DNA from: Verrucomicrobiota bacterium
GTDB taxonomy: Bacteria; Verrucomicrobiota; Verrucomicrobiia; Limisphaerales; Palsa-1400
Assembly: GCA_049510745.1 (NCBI GenBank)
Contig: JBEKYR010000028.1
Location: 1-64,000 of the forward strand
Direction: 5' to 3'
DNA: 64,000 nt
Below the pieces are notes generated by a model, which saw nothing but the letters and a program-made list of their open reading frames with translations, had not been told where the DNA came from and did not search any database. This document shows, in pieces, positions 18,576 through 28,804 of this stretch. Position 1 is the stretch's first letter. Each line of letters begins with the position of its first letter. A program made the position numbers and the translations under genes.

Positions 18576-19961
18576 ATGAACATTTTCAAATTCATTCACC
18601 GGACCGCCCCCGTCGCGCTCGCGCTTCTTGTTTGCTCGTGCCGGACGCCCGCGCCGACCGCGACCCAGGCCGAATCGGCCAGCCCCGATCCTTACGCCAA
18701 CGAAACTCCCGCGCAGCGCGACGCGCGCATGAAATGGTGGCGGGAAGCCCGCTTTGGCATGTTCATCCATTGGGGGGTCTATTCCGTGCCGGCCGGGACT
18801 TACGACGGCAAGCAGGTGCCGGGGATTGGCGAGTGGATCATGAACCGCGGGAAAATCCCCGTGGCCAGATACCGCGAATACGCGAAGGAGTTCAACCCGG
18901 TCAAATATAACGCGGACGAATGGGTGTCCCTGGCCAAGGCGGCCGGCATGAAGTACATCGTCATCACCTCCAAGCATCACGACGGTTTCGCCATGTTTGA
19001 CTCCAAGGCGAGCGACTGGAACATCGTCAAGGCCACGCCGTTCGGGCGCGATCCGCTGAAGGAGCTGGCCGCCGCCTGCAAGAAACAGGGCGTCAAACTC
19101 GGCTTTTATTATTCGCAGGCGCAGGATTGGAACAATCCCGGCGGGGCGGCCGCGGGCGGCCATTGGGACCCGGCGCAGGACGGGAGCATGGACGACTACC
19201 TTCGCAACGTCGCGGCGCCGCAGGTGAGGGAGATTCTCTCCCATTACGGGAAGATTTCTGTTCTTTGGTTTGACACGCCGGTCGATATGAACAGGGAGCG
19301 GGCGTCGATGCTGCTGCCGTTGCTGCGCCTGCAGCCCGGCATCATTTACAACAACCGGCTGGGGAGCGGATTCAAGGGCGACACCGAAACGCCGGAGCAG
19401 CGCATCCCGGCGACCGGCTATCCGGGACGCGATTGGGAAACCTGCATGACGATGAACGACACCTGGGGCTACAAGAGTTACGACGATCATTGGAAAAGCG
19501 CGGAGACGCTCATTCACAATCTGGTCGATATTGCCAGCAAAGGCGGCAACTACCTCCTGAACGTCGGGCCGACTTCGGAAGGGTTGATCCCCGGGCCGTC
19601 GGTCGAGCGGCTGCGCGCCATCGGCGCGTGGATGAAAGTCAACGGCCCGGCCATTTATGGCACGACCGCCAGCCCGTTCAAGAGTTTGCCGTGGGGCCGC
19701 TGCACCAAAAAGCTGACGGCGGGCGGCGCGACCCTTTATTTGCACGTTTTCAAGTGGCCCGGCGACGGGCAGTTGCTGGCACCCGGCCTCAAAAACGACG
19801 CGACGAAATGCTATCTGCTGACCGGCGCGGGAAAGAAACCGCTGGCCGTGCGCCGCGCCGCGGAAGGGTTGGTCATATCGTTGCCGGCGGCGGCGCCCGA
19901 TCCGATTTCCTCGACGGTCGTGCTCAAGATCAAGGGCGCCCCAAGCATCGAGGAGCGCTGA
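18576..19961 (+). CDS. Alpha-L-fucosidase (GH29), likely lipoprotein
   Basis: WWREARFGMFIHWGVYS, TSKHHDGF, LWFD, WETCMTMNDTWGY, GGNYLLNVGP; LLVCSC lipobox-like. Confidence 0.93.
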   Translation: MNIFKFIHRTAPVALALLVCSCRTPAPTATQAESASPDPYANETPAQRDARMKWWREARFGMFIHWGVYSVPAGTYDGKQVPGIGEWIMNRGKIPVARYREYAKEFNPVKYNADEWVSLAKAAGMKYIVITSKHHDGFAMFDSKASDWNIVKATPFGRDPLKELAAACKKQGVKLGFYYSQAQDWNNPGGAAAGGHWDPAQDGSMDDYLRNVAAPQVREILSHYGKISVLWFDTPVDMNRERASMLLPLLRLQPGIIYNNRLGSGFKGDTETPEQRIPATGYPGRDWETCMTMNDTWGYKSYDDHWKSAETLIHNLVDIASKGGNYLLNVGPTSEGLIPGPSVERLRAIGAWMKVNGPAIYGTTASPFKSLPWGRCTKKLTAGGATLYLHVFKWPGDGQLLAPGLKNDATKCYLLTGAGKKPLAVRRAAEGLVISLPAAAPDPISSTVVLKIKGAPSIEER

Positions 19962-20083
19962 AATACCCTCATTCTGTTCAGGAGCGCGCCGAATTTGAAA
20001 TCAGCCAGTAAGCCATACTGTCATATGACAGTATGTCGAGTAGCAGGCCGAGGAGAATGATAACGGTCCAAGCTCGTCACCGC

Positions 20084-21148
20084 TCATTGATCCGGCATTA
20101 CCATATCGGTCAAGCCTATCCGCAAATCCGCCGGCTGGATTCCTTTCTTGAACTGACCAAAGCCGAACCAGGACGGTTTGTACTTGCCGACGTAATTCAC
20201 ATCCGCGCAGGCGGGGATTTTGTCCTCCAAGCCAACGGCCCAATAGCAGGCGTTGATCAGCAGGCGGCGCAGGCCTTCGTTCTGCAAATCGACCGCCGCG
20301 CCCATCGTGGTGGTCACGACTTTCGAGGTCTTGCCGTTCTCGCCCGTGTAATCGCGCAGCCAAACCACCGGCATGAGCGGATTGTTCTTAGGGCCGGAGA
20401 CGGGCGGGTCGGTCGGTTTCATGCCGGAAAGCACCTGGCCCCAAACCAGAACCTGGGCGTCGTTCGGCAGGTGAAGGACCTTATAAACATCCGAAGGCGC
20501 CCAGAGGTCCGTCACGCCGCGGAGAATCGGATGGTTGGTCATGGCGGGGTTGAGGAGGCCGCGGGTGCTTTCCTTGCCGTGGTCACCGTGGTGAGCGATC
20601 CAGGTTTCGCCCAGGACCTGCCGGCCGAAGCCGCCGGGCCAGTCCCGATTGCGATAATCATACTTGACGTAGGCGCTGCGCGTGTTCGTCCCGTAGGAAA
20701 ACGCATGAGTGCTGGTGCGCAACGCGACGATCGGCTTGCCCGCGTTGAGATAATCGACGAAATGCTTCATCTGTTCGTCCGGCAATTGGCGAAAGCGCAG
20801 TTGCATCACGCAGAGATCGGCCGAGTCCAGCGCCTGGAGGCCGGGGAGATTGGTCTGCACGTCGGGGGCAATCGTGCCGTCGGCCGGATTGATGGAAAAG
20901 AGGACGGTGCATTTGAAACCGTGATGCGCGGCAAGGATTTTCGCCAGCATGGGCAACCCCTCCTCCGAGCGGTACTCCTCGTCGCCCGCGAGAAAGACGA
21001 TGTGCTTGTTCCGGCCCGGCCCGGAGCCGCCTTCATAGACGACGCCGTCGCCGTCCCGCGCCGACGCCAAAGGAAGCGACTGGGCAAAAGCGGCGCGACT
21101 CTGCCCGGCCAGGCAGAGAACAAGCCAGATCAACACTGGGCGACGCAA
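20084..21148 (-). CDS. ThuA-like domain protein, secreted
   Basis: HIVFLAGDEEYRSEE, RFRQLP, RTSTHAF, TTMGAAVD, RLLINACYWA motifs; signal peptide. Confidence 0.8.
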   Translation of the reverse strand: MRRPVLIWLVLCLAGQSRAAFAQSLPLASARDGDGVVYEGGSGPGRNKHIVFLAGDEEYRSEEGLPMLAKILAAHHGFKCTVLFSINPADGTIAPDVQTNLPGLQALDSADLCVMQLRFRQLPDEQMKHFVDYLNAGKPIVALRTSTHAFSYGTNTRSAYVKYDYRNRDWPGGFGRQVLGETWIAHHGDHGKESTRGLLNPAMTNHPILRGVTDLWAPSDVYKVLHLPNDAQVLVWGQVLSGMKPTDPPVSGPKNNPLMPVVWLRDYTGENGKTSKVVTTTMGAAVDLQNEGLRRLLINACYWAVGLEDKIPACADVNYVGKYKPSWFGFGQFKKGIQPADLRIGLTDMVMPDQ

Positions 21149-21345
21149 GCGCAGAACGGGTACATTTGACCGGAAATCCGGCGCGTGTCAAATGCTCATC
21201 CGGCGCAGGATGGCGGAGGGGGAACCCGCCAGGCGATTTGTAATTGACAACTGAAAATCTGGAATTTGGAATTTGGGAGGCGCGTCCGGTCGATGCGCTG
21301 GAGGAAGAACCTCTTGACGCGGAACGGCCGGGAGCGCAAATAGAA

Positions 21346-22263
21346 ATGCCCATGACTGTGCCGCAAATTCGTTTTTCCGCCGGCGGACCGCCCGCTTCGC
21401 GTCTCGCGCTGGGCGCGTGGCGCCTGGCCGACGCCCGCCTGACCAGTGACGAAATCCGCGCCCTGATCCAGCAGGCGGTCGAGGTTGGGATCACCACCAT
21501 CGATCACGCGGACATTTATGGCGGGCACACCTGCCAGAGGCTTTTTGGCGACGCGCTGGCGGGAGACGCCGCGTTGCGCGACCGGCTGCAGCTTGTGACC
21601 AAATGCGGCATCAAATTGATCCCGCCGTCGGGGTCCGCCCAACGAGTCAAGTACTATGATACCAGCCGCGCCCACATTCTGGCGTCGGTGGACGATTCCC
21701 TCAAAGCGTTGCGCACCGACCGGGTCGAGGCGCTGCTGATTCACCGCTCCGATCCGATGCTGGACCCGGACGAAGTGGCGGAGGCGTTTGTGGCGCTGAA
21801 GCAAGCGGGCAAGGCGCTGCACTTTGGCGTTTCCAATTTCACGACCGGGCAGTTTGACCTGCTGGCCTCGCGCCTGCCGTTCGGATTGGTGACGAACCAG
21901 TTGCAATTTTCTGTGTTACACACCGGCCCGCTCTACGACGGCGCCTTTGACCAGTGCCTGCGCCTGCGCCTTTCGCCGATGGCATGGTCGCCCTTGGACG
22001 GCGGCCGGCTGCTGAAGGCAGAGGACGAAAGGGCGCGGCGGGTGCGGCGGGCGCTCGGGGAGGTCGGAAAGGAACTGGGCGGTGCGACGGTTGAACAAGT
22101 GGCGCTGGCCTGGATTCTGGCGCATCCGGCGCGCATCATCCCGGTCGTGGGAACGACCAATCGCGAACGGGTGCAAAGCGCCGCCGCCGCCGCCGGCCTG
22201 TCCCTTTCGCGCGAGCAATGGTTCTTCATTCTCGAGGCCTCGGCGGGCGAACCGGTGCCGTGA
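21346..22263 (+). CDS. Aldo/keto reductase (YdhF-like)
   Basis: DHADIYG, TKCGI, LIHRSDP, GVSNF, MAWSPL, AWILAHPA; start ATG 21346 or 21352. Confidence 0.9.
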   Translation: MPMTVPQIRFSAGGPPASRLALGAWRLADARLTSDEIRALIQQAVEVGITTIDHADIYGGHTCQRLFGDALAGDAALRDRLQLVTKCGIKLIPPSGSAQRVKYYDTSRAHILASVDDSLKALRTDRVEALLIHRSDPMLDPDEVAEAFVALKQAGKALHFGVSNFTTGQFDLLASRLPFGLVTNQLQFSVLHTGPLYDGAFDQCLRLRLSPMAWSPLDGGRLLKAEDERARRVRRALGEVGKELGGATVEQVALAWILAHPARIIPVVGTTNRERVQSAAAAAGLSLSREQWFFILEASAGEPVP

Positions 22264-22327
22264 GCCACGGAACTGAAGCCTGCGTCCTCGACATTGCGCC
22301 GCCGGGCGAATACCGTTCGCCTGCCAA

Positions 22328-25300
22328 ATGAATTACAAGAAAATCCCATCATTCCGTGCGTTTCCGCAGCGCCTTCTGACCCGGTGTTTTGGCTTCGCGT
22401 TGGCGGGTTGGCTGGCCGCCGGCTCCTCGACGCTGGCCGCACCCGTCACGCCCGACACGGCCAAGAGCGCGGTCCAGGGATGGCTGCGCCTGGATGAAAA
22501 ACCGCTGGGCGCCCGATTGTCCGCCAGGATCAAGAACACCGAAACCGTCAAAGACGCCACCGGGACAGCGCTTTATCATGTCGTCCATCTGGCGCCGGCC
22601 GGATTTGTCATTGTGTCCGCGGACGATTTCGTGGAGCCGATCATTGCCTTTTCCGCCCGCGGCCGGTTCGATTCCAGCGCGGGCGAGGGCGTGGCAGTGA
22701 TCGTCAACCGCGATCTGCCGCGGCGGATGGCGCGGGCGCGGACCGGCGGGCGCGATGCACAGGCGTTGCGCGCCCATCATCAATGGCACGGCCTCCTGCT
22801 CGGTTCTCCCAATCCGCCGCCGGATTCCGAGCAGAACGGGTACATTGTCGCGGTGTCGCAGGTGTGGGTGGCGCCGTTTGTGCAGACGCTGTGGAACCAA
22901 ACCACCGACCAAAGTCTGAGCGACGCCTGTTACAATTACTACACTCCCCCCAACGCCAGCGGCGACGTAAATAATTACCCCTGCGGCTGCGTGGCCACCG
23001 CCCTGGCGCAGTTGATGTATTATTTCCATTACCCGACGGCTTCAGTGGGCAGCGGCAGCTTCTCCATCACCGTCAACGGTTCCGGGACCACGGCCAATTT
23101 GCGCGGCGGCAATGGCGTCGGCGGGCCTTACCAGTGGGGCAACATGCCCCTGAATCCGAACGGCCCAACCGACACCCAGGCGCAAGCGGTGGGCGCTCTG
23201 ACTTTCGATGCCGGCGTTGCCGTCAACATGGACTATGAGGCGGGTGGCTCTTCCGCTTACTTGGCGCACGCCTACAACGTCCTGACCACCACCTTCAAGT
23301 TTGCCAACGGCGGCTATGACGAAGACGACAGCAACGGCCTCGGCGGGACGAACTTGTTGGGCATGATCAATCCCAACCTGGATGCGCGCCTGCCCGTGAC
23401 ACTCGGAATCCAAGGGCCTTCCGGCGGGCACTGTGTGCTGTGCGACGGTTACGGGTACAGTTCCGCCACGCTCTTTCATCATCTGAACGCGGGCTGGGGC
23501 GGCGACGACGATGTGTGGTATGCGCTCCCGGCCATCAACACCCCCGATAACGGGGATTACACGATAGTGACTTCCTGCCTGTATAATGTCTTTACCAATG
23601 CCACAGGCCAAATCATCAGCGGACGCGTCACGGACCCGGCGGGGGCGCCCAGCGCCGGCGCGATCATCACCGCCGTGCGCGCCGCGGGCGGCACTTATAC
23701 CGCGACGGCGGACACCAATGGAATCTATGCGCTGGCCCGAATTCCGGCGGCTTCGCATTATACGTTGACTGTCACCAACACCGGCGCCGCCTCGGCTGGC
23801 GGTAGTTATTCGACCGGCACATCCACCTACAATGGCTCTTCCAGCGGCAACGTCTGGGGCGCGAATTTCACGCTGTCGCCGCCGCTGCTCGTCCTGCCTG
23901 AGACGGGCTTCGCGGCGGTCGGCCCGGCGGGCGGCCCGTTCAGTGTCACGGCGCAAACGTATTCCCTGACCAATACGAGCGCGGCCTCCGTGAGTTGGAC
24001 GCTGGCCAACAGTTCCTCCTGGCTGGGCGCCAGCGCCGGCAGCGGAACGGTGGCGGCGGGCGCGGCTTCCGGCCTGACCATCAGTTTGAGCGCCGCCGCC
24101 GGCAGTCTGCCGGCCGGGACAAACCTCGCCACGATTTGGATCACCAACCTCAACAATCACCTCGCGCAATCTTTGCCGTTCTCTCTTATCGTGCAATCGG
24201 CCGACTATCCGATGGCCGTCACGGGGTTCAACGACGACGTGGTGGTTGAGAATACGGCGGTGGGCGGCAACAGCCCGCTCTACGCGGATCTTTTTGACGG
24301 GACCAACGCGTTCTTTTCCCCCGCCACCTCGTTTTGTTTTTACCAATCAGGCCTTTCCGCCTTCAATATCCAAACGGGCGCGCCGGCGGTGGAAGGGCTG
24401 CCGGCGAGCGGATTTTTTACGAGCGCGGCGGATAAAGCGACCACGTTTCAACTCGGCCCTTACGCCGGCAACAACGTGCTCTATTTGAGCGCCGGCGCGG
24501 CCTCCGGCACTTTGACGTTGGTGTCGCCGCTGGCCTGCCGGTCGTTGTCCGTGCTGGCCGCCTCGTCCGAGGGCGGCGGGACCGGCTCGTTGGTCCTGCA
24601 ATTTGCGGATAATTCCAGCAGTTCTCCCCTTCCCTTCAACGCGACCAACTACTTCACGAGCAACACGGCGGCGGCGGGCGCGGCCCTCACCAAGTTTGGC
24701 ATCCTGGCAACGGGCAATTACAATGAGTTTGATGTTTTTGAAGACTCCTCCATCTTCCCCAGCTTCTACCAAACATCCATCAACCTGAAGTCGCTCGGCT
24801 TGCATACCAAGCCGATCCGGTCGGTGGCCTTCACCATGCCCGCCGGCGCCAGCCCCGGCACTGTCACCGGAATTTTCGCCCTGAGCGGAACGGAATCGCC
24901 CTTTCCGGTCATCACGTCCCAGCCGCAAAGCGCGGCGGCCGCCAGCGGCGGCAACGTGACACTGAGCGTGGGAGTGACGGGCGCGGCCCCCTTGACCTAC
25001 CGCTGGCTGCTCAACGGTTCGACGGTCGCCGGCGCGCAAACCAATTTTGTGAACATCGCCAGCGCGGGGGCGGGCAACGCCGGCAGTTACCAGGTGATTG
25101 TGACCAACACCGCCGGCGCCGTCACCAGTGTGGTGGCCGTGTTGAGCGTGACCAACTTCCCGGTCAGCTTCGTCACCGGAGCGGGCGGGCCGCGGTACTC
25201 CGGCGGCAAACTGATTTTGCAGTTGACGAATCTGACGGGACAGGGCCAGGTGGTGATCGCGGCCTCGACCAATCTGGCGCAGTGGGTTCCGCTCTTCACC

Positions 25301-25387
25301 AACCCCTCCGCTTTCGGCGGGTTCTCCGTCACGGATTCCGCCGCCGGCAGCTTCCCTCATCGTTTTTACCGCGCGACCACGCCGTAA
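22328..25387 (+). CDS. Secreted C10 (streptopain-like) cysteine peptidase with prodomain, Ig-like/BACON-like modules and C-terminal STNL..W..FYR domain
   Basis: GFVIVSADD..EPIIAFS prodomain; GCVATALAQLMYY (Cys), GGHCVLCDGY (His), HLNAGWGG; PVITSQPQS Ig motif. Confidence 0.87.
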   Translation: MNYKKIPSFRAFPQRLLTRCFGFALAGWLAAGSSTLAAPVTPDTAKSAVQGWLRLDEKPLGARLSARIKNTETVKDATGTALYHVVHLAPAGFVIVSADDFVEPIIAFSARGRFDSSAGEGVAVIVNRDLPRRMARARTGGRDAQALRAHHQWHGLLLGSPNPPPDSEQNGYIVAVSQVWVAPFVQTLWNQTTDQSLSDACYNYYTPPNASGDVNNYPCGCVATALAQLMYYFHYPTASVGSGSFSITVNGSGTTANLRGGNGVGGPYQWGNMPLNPNGPTDTQAQAVGALTFDAGVAVNMDYEAGGSSAYLAHAYNVLTTTFKFANGGYDEDDSNGLGGTNLLGMINPNLDARLPVTLGIQGPSGGHCVLCDGYGYSSATLFHHLNAGWGGDDDVWYALPAINTPDNGDYTIVTSCLYNVFTNATGQIISGRVTDPAGAPSAGAIITAVRAAGGTYTATADTNGIYALARIPAASHYTLTVTNTGAASAGGSYSTGTSTYNGSSSGNVWGANFTLSPPLLVLPETGFAAVGPAGGPFSVTAQTYSLTNTSAASVSWTLANSSSWLGASAGSGTVAAGAASGLTISLSAAAGSLPAGTNLATIWITNLNNHLAQSLPFSLIVQSADYPMAVTGFNDDVVVENTAVGGNSPLYADLFDGTNAFFSPATSFCFYQSGLSAFNIQTGAPAVEGLPASGFFTSAADKATTFQLGPYAGNNVLYLSAGAASGTLTLVSPLACRSLSVLAASSEGGGTGSLVLQFADNSSSSPLPFNATNYFTSNTAAAGAALTKFGILATGNYNEFDVFEDSSIFPSFYQTSINLKSLGLHTKPIRSVAFTMPAGASPGTVTGIFALSGTESPFPVITSQPQSAAAASGGNVTLSVGVTGAAPLTYRWLLNGSTVAGAQTNFVNIASAGAGNAGSYQVIVTNTAGAVTSVVAVLSVTNFPVSFVTGAGGPRYSGGKLILQLTNLTGQGQVVIAASTNLAQWVPLFTNPSAFGGFSVTDSAAGSFPHRFYRATTP

Positions 25388-25479
25388 GCCTCTTTAGGTG
25401 AGAATTTGTGTGAGAATTCGAGATTGGAACAGATTGCAATTCTCCGGCCCGGCGGCATAGAGTTGATGAAATACGGAGC

Positions 25480-27783
25480 ATGAGCCCGCGCTGGAAAATC
25501 TGGGTGGGGCTGGCCATCGGCGCTGTCGTCTGCGTCTTTTTCGTGGCGCGCTGGGGGGATAGCGCGCAAACCGCCCTCGAGGAAACCCGGCGCGAGTTGC
25601 GCCGGCAGGGTTTCAAGACTGACCTGAGCGAATTCAACTTCACGACTTCCGCCGAAATGCGCGCCCGCGCCGCCGCCCTGGCCTCTCCCGGCCTGGCCCG
25701 CAACCGCGCGTTTCGCCAAATTGACACGCCACTGATGACCGCGGTGGGACCCAACTCGGCGGTCGTCTTCTGGCGCGATGGCAAGCCGGTATCTTACACG
25801 GGCGAAGACCTTTGGGCGCAATGGCGCGAAACCATGAAGGACAACCAGGCTGTGCTCGACGCCGCTTGCGATGCGGCGCTCTCCGGTCCCATCCGCTTCG
25901 AACCCACGTCCCGCTCGGGCTACGGCATGTTGCTGCCGCACCTGGCGGCGGTCAGGACGCTGACCGAAACTCTCGGCGCGCGCGCCATGCTCGACTTGCG
26001 CGATGGAAACAAAGAGGCGGCGTGGACCAACCTTCTGGCCTCGACCGCGCTGGTCACTTCCTGGGACCCCGAGCCTGCCGAAACGTCGCACCTGGTCCGC
26101 TGCGCGTACGTCACCTCCGCTTACAACACCACCTGGCAGGCGCTCCAGGCGGGCGGCTGGCGCGACGACCAATTGGCGGAACTCCAGCGCGCGTGGGAGT
26201 CCGCCGATTTCTTCAAAGGCTTGCCGGAAACCGAAGCCTTCGCCCGCGCCAGCGCGGCTGACGCCTGCCAACAGGAGCGCCGGCAACCGCCGGGGCCGGG
26301 CCTGCCGCTGACGGAGATGATCCGCGCGCCCCAGGAAGCCTTGCGCGCATGGGTCTCCTATTGGCAACGGCTCCAGTACCTCCGCCACGGGAGCTATGAG
26401 AACGAAAGGAACCTCTTGCTCTTCCATCGGGACCGCGAACTGCAACTGCGCGCCGCCGTCCAAGTCCCGACTTGGTCAGAAATGCGCCGGCTGGCCGCAG
26501 TAACCAACGTCGTTCCCTTCCAACCAAGAAATCAGTATCGCTCGCCAGCGCTGATGATGATGAATACGAGGCAGATGGCGATGCGTTTCCAATCGCAGGG
26601 TCAGGGACCGCTGGGCCGGACGGCGGAAGCGGAAGCCCGGCGACGGCTCCTCATCACCGCCATCGCGCTGGAGCGCTACCGCGGCCGCCACGGTTCCTAT
26701 CCGAAGTCGCTGCCAGAACTCGCGCCGGAATTGCTGAAAAGTCCGCCCATTGATTTCATGGACGGCCAGCCGCTGCGCTATCGTCTGGCCGACGACGGCC
26801 ATTTCCTGCTCTATTCGGTCGGATTGGATTGCACCGATGACGGGGGAAAAATGCCGGAGATCAGACGTCGGGGGTACCCTAGCCCCAATTACCCCACGGG
26901 CCGCATCGGCGAGGGGACGGATGTGGTTTGGCCGTTGCCGGCCACTCCCGCCGCGGTGGCCGCGCGGGAGGAAGAAGAGCGTCAAGCCGCACTACAGTGG
27001 CAGGCTGAAGCCGAGCAGCGCATGGAAGAGGCGGACAAAGAGCGGGAGGCGGGGCGCCGAGCCGTGGGCGAAAGAATACTGGCGGAAAAGCCGGCTCCGA
27101 GATTGAAAGAGCCGCTCTATCAGGGCCGGCCGTTGAGCGAAGCGCTCCGCAGTGGGCCGGGGCAGACCAATCTTTCCCTGGACGAATTGCTGACTGTCAA
27201 ACAGATTATCACGACGAACGACCCGGATGTGGCCACTTTTGAAGTGCCGGTCAGTTACGAGGCCGCGGCCAAAATCGGGCGCCTTCATTTGGTGGTGGAT
27301 GGCGGATCGGAGGATCGCTTCGAGGGCGGCGAACCGCAAGAATGTCGGCGGGCCGGCAACGGCAATAGTTTGCTGGTCTGGAACACGACCTATGATCCGC
27401 CGGGCCGGCACGCCGTCCGGGCCGAACTGCTCCTGAGCCATCGGCGGGGAGAATCTGGCGAAGTTCGCGTCCAAGGTCCGGCGGCGCCCTTCTTCTCCAG
27501 TAATCTTTGCCAGTTCAGTCACCGCTACGATTTTTTCAACGCCCGGGGCGCGACGCTTTACGCCAGGCTGCCGGAGTCCAACGGAGTCTATTCCATTGAA
27601 CTCAAGGACCCCGCCGGGGAACACATCAAAACTTTCACGGGAACCACCTCCAACGGGGTGATCCAGGTGCATTGGAATCTGGTGGACGACCGCGGCCGGG
27701 CCTACCCGAATCAATCATTTGACTCCGTCTTCAGCGTCACGCTCCCCGATTCGGGGCGGTCGCAGACGATGAAAGGGCCGTGA
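25480..27783 (+). CDS. Membrane-anchored hypothetical protein, paralog of 7740-9740, with extra C-terminal domain
   Basis: N-terminal TM; ALERYRGRHGSYP...LLYSVGLDCTDDGG...DVVWP followed by a coiled coil and a beta-rich tail. Confidence 0.7.
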   Translation: MSPRWKIWVGLAIGAVVCVFFVARWGDSAQTALEETRRELRRQGFKTDLSEFNFTTSAEMRARAAALASPGLARNRAFRQIDTPLMTAVGPNSAVVFWRDGKPVSYTGEDLWAQWRETMKDNQAVLDAACDAALSGPIRFEPTSRSGYGMLLPHLAAVRTLTETLGARAMLDLRDGNKEAAWTNLLASTALVTSWDPEPAETSHLVRCAYVTSAYNTTWQALQAGGWRDDQLAELQRAWESADFFKGLPETEAFARASAADACQQERRQPPGPGLPLTEMIRAPQEALRAWVSYWQRLQYLRHGSYENERNLLLFHRDRELQLRAAVQVPTWSEMRRLAAVTNVVPFQPRNQYRSPALMMMNTRQMAMRFQSQGQGPLGRTAEAEARRRLLITAIALERYRGRHGSYPKSLPELAPELLKSPPIDFMDGQPLRYRLADDGHFLLYSVGLDCTDDGGKMPEIRRRGYPSPNYPTGRIGEGTDVVWPLPATPAAVAAREEEERQAALQWQAEAEQRMEEADKEREAGRRAVGERILAEKPAPRLKEPLYQGRPLSEALRSGPGQTNLSLDELLTVKQIITTNDPDVATFEVPVSYEAAAKIGRLHLVVDGGSEDRFEGGEPQECRRAGNGNSLLVWNTTYDPPGRHAVRAELLLSHRRGESGEVRVQGPAAPFFSSNLCQFSHRYDFFNARGATLYARLPESNGVYSIELKDPAGEHIKTFTGTTSNGVIQVHWNLVDDRGRAYPNQSFDSVFSVTLPDSGRSQTMKGP

Positions 27784-27793
27784 GACAATCGTC

Positions 27794-28450
27794 TCACGCG
27801 ATGATGCTGTCAATCAAACTCTCGATTCCTCTCCGGAATTCCGCTTCTCCGGGAGGTTGCCGCCAATGGACCCGTGGAACTCCCCGCTGCAACCCGTCGG
27901 CCAGCGCGCGCGCCACCAGCGGGGGAAAAATGCCGGCGGCTTTCCCTTGCGCGTTCTCAATGGCGGCCGGCAAGTTCAGGGTGTCCCGGCAGCAAAGCCA
28001 GAAAAGGTCCGCCAAGTCCTTCGGCTCCTGGCGGTCGGTCAGGGCGCTGATCTTGTTGGCGAGGATGTTTTCGCGCGTGTCCAGCGCTCCCAACTCTGGA
28101 TGGTTCCACGGTTGTCCGATGCGAAAGGGCACATCATTGACGAATTCCAGCTTCAGCGGCGCCGCGCCGTGAAGAAAAGCCCGGCCGAATCTTTCCTCGC
28201 GCAGCACCACTTCCAGGCGCAGGTTCTCCTTTTCACCGTCCCGGCGCAGCATGTCCAGGCAGCGGTCCCGCCACAGTTCGAAGTCCGGGGAATCATTGAC
28301 AAAAAAGTCAAGGTCATCCGAGAACCGATGCCCGTAGTAACCGCGGCTGAGCGCCGTGCCGCCACTGAGATGGAAGCCTTGTTGCACCTTGCGCAGCCGG
28401 GCCAGCGCCCAATCCTGCGATGCGTAGAGTTGGTCCCAGTCATTAACCAT
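27794..28450 (-). CDS. AbiEii/AbiGii-family nucleotidyltransferase toxin
   Basis: LSGGTALSRGYYGHRFSDDLDFF, NILANKISAL, RQEPKDLAD. Confidence 0.88.
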   Translation of the reverse strand: MVNDWDQLYASQDWALARLRKVQQGFHLSGGTALSRGYYGHRFSDDLDFFVNDSPDFELWRDRCLDMLRRDGEKENLRLEVVLREERFGRAFLHGAAPLKLEFVNDVPFRIGQPWNHPELGALDTRENILANKISALTDRQEPKDLADLFWLCCRDTLNLPAAIENAQGKAAGIFPPLVARALADGLQRGVPRVHWRQPPGEAEFRRGIESLIDSIIA

Positions 28451-28724
28451 GGGAAGCAGGGTGCTGGCGGAACCATTGATGCATGAATTCCATTCCCTCC
28501 CGCCGCGTGCGCGAGCGGACCCGCGGGGCCAACTGCGGCCATTCCGCCAGAAAACGCTCGCGCGGCAGCAGCCGGCGGATTTCCCGGTAAGGCGCGTACT
28601 CGATCAACCGGAGCAACGCCCAGTGAAAATCGCGGGGCGGTTCGGATGCCGCGCCGCGGAGGAGTCCCTCGAAAGCAGCGTTGTCCATATCGGTATCCCA
28701 AAGCCATGGGAAACGGGCATTCAT
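28443..28724 (-). CDS. Small putative antitoxin partner of AbiEii
   Basis: 93 aa, overlaps toxin start by 8 nt; PWLWD...WALLRLIEYA motif. Confidence 0.65.
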   Translation of the reverse strand: MNARFPWLWDTDMDNAAFEGLLRGAASEPPRDFHWALLRLIEYAPYREIRRLLPRERFLAEWPQLAPRVRSRTRREGMEFMHQWFRQHPASHG

Positions 28725-28804
28725 TGCGATGCCAATGTAGCCTTTTGCGCCGGGAATTCAAAGCTCGATTCCCGCCCTTGTGAGCGGGCCGTGAGCGGCT
28801 GATC

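Noticed and set aside
22328..25387. At least 13 N-X-S/T sequons in the C10 protease as evidence of N-glycosylation
   Set aside because: The protein is rich in Asn, Ser and Thr, so the count may be at chance level; needs a shuffle test
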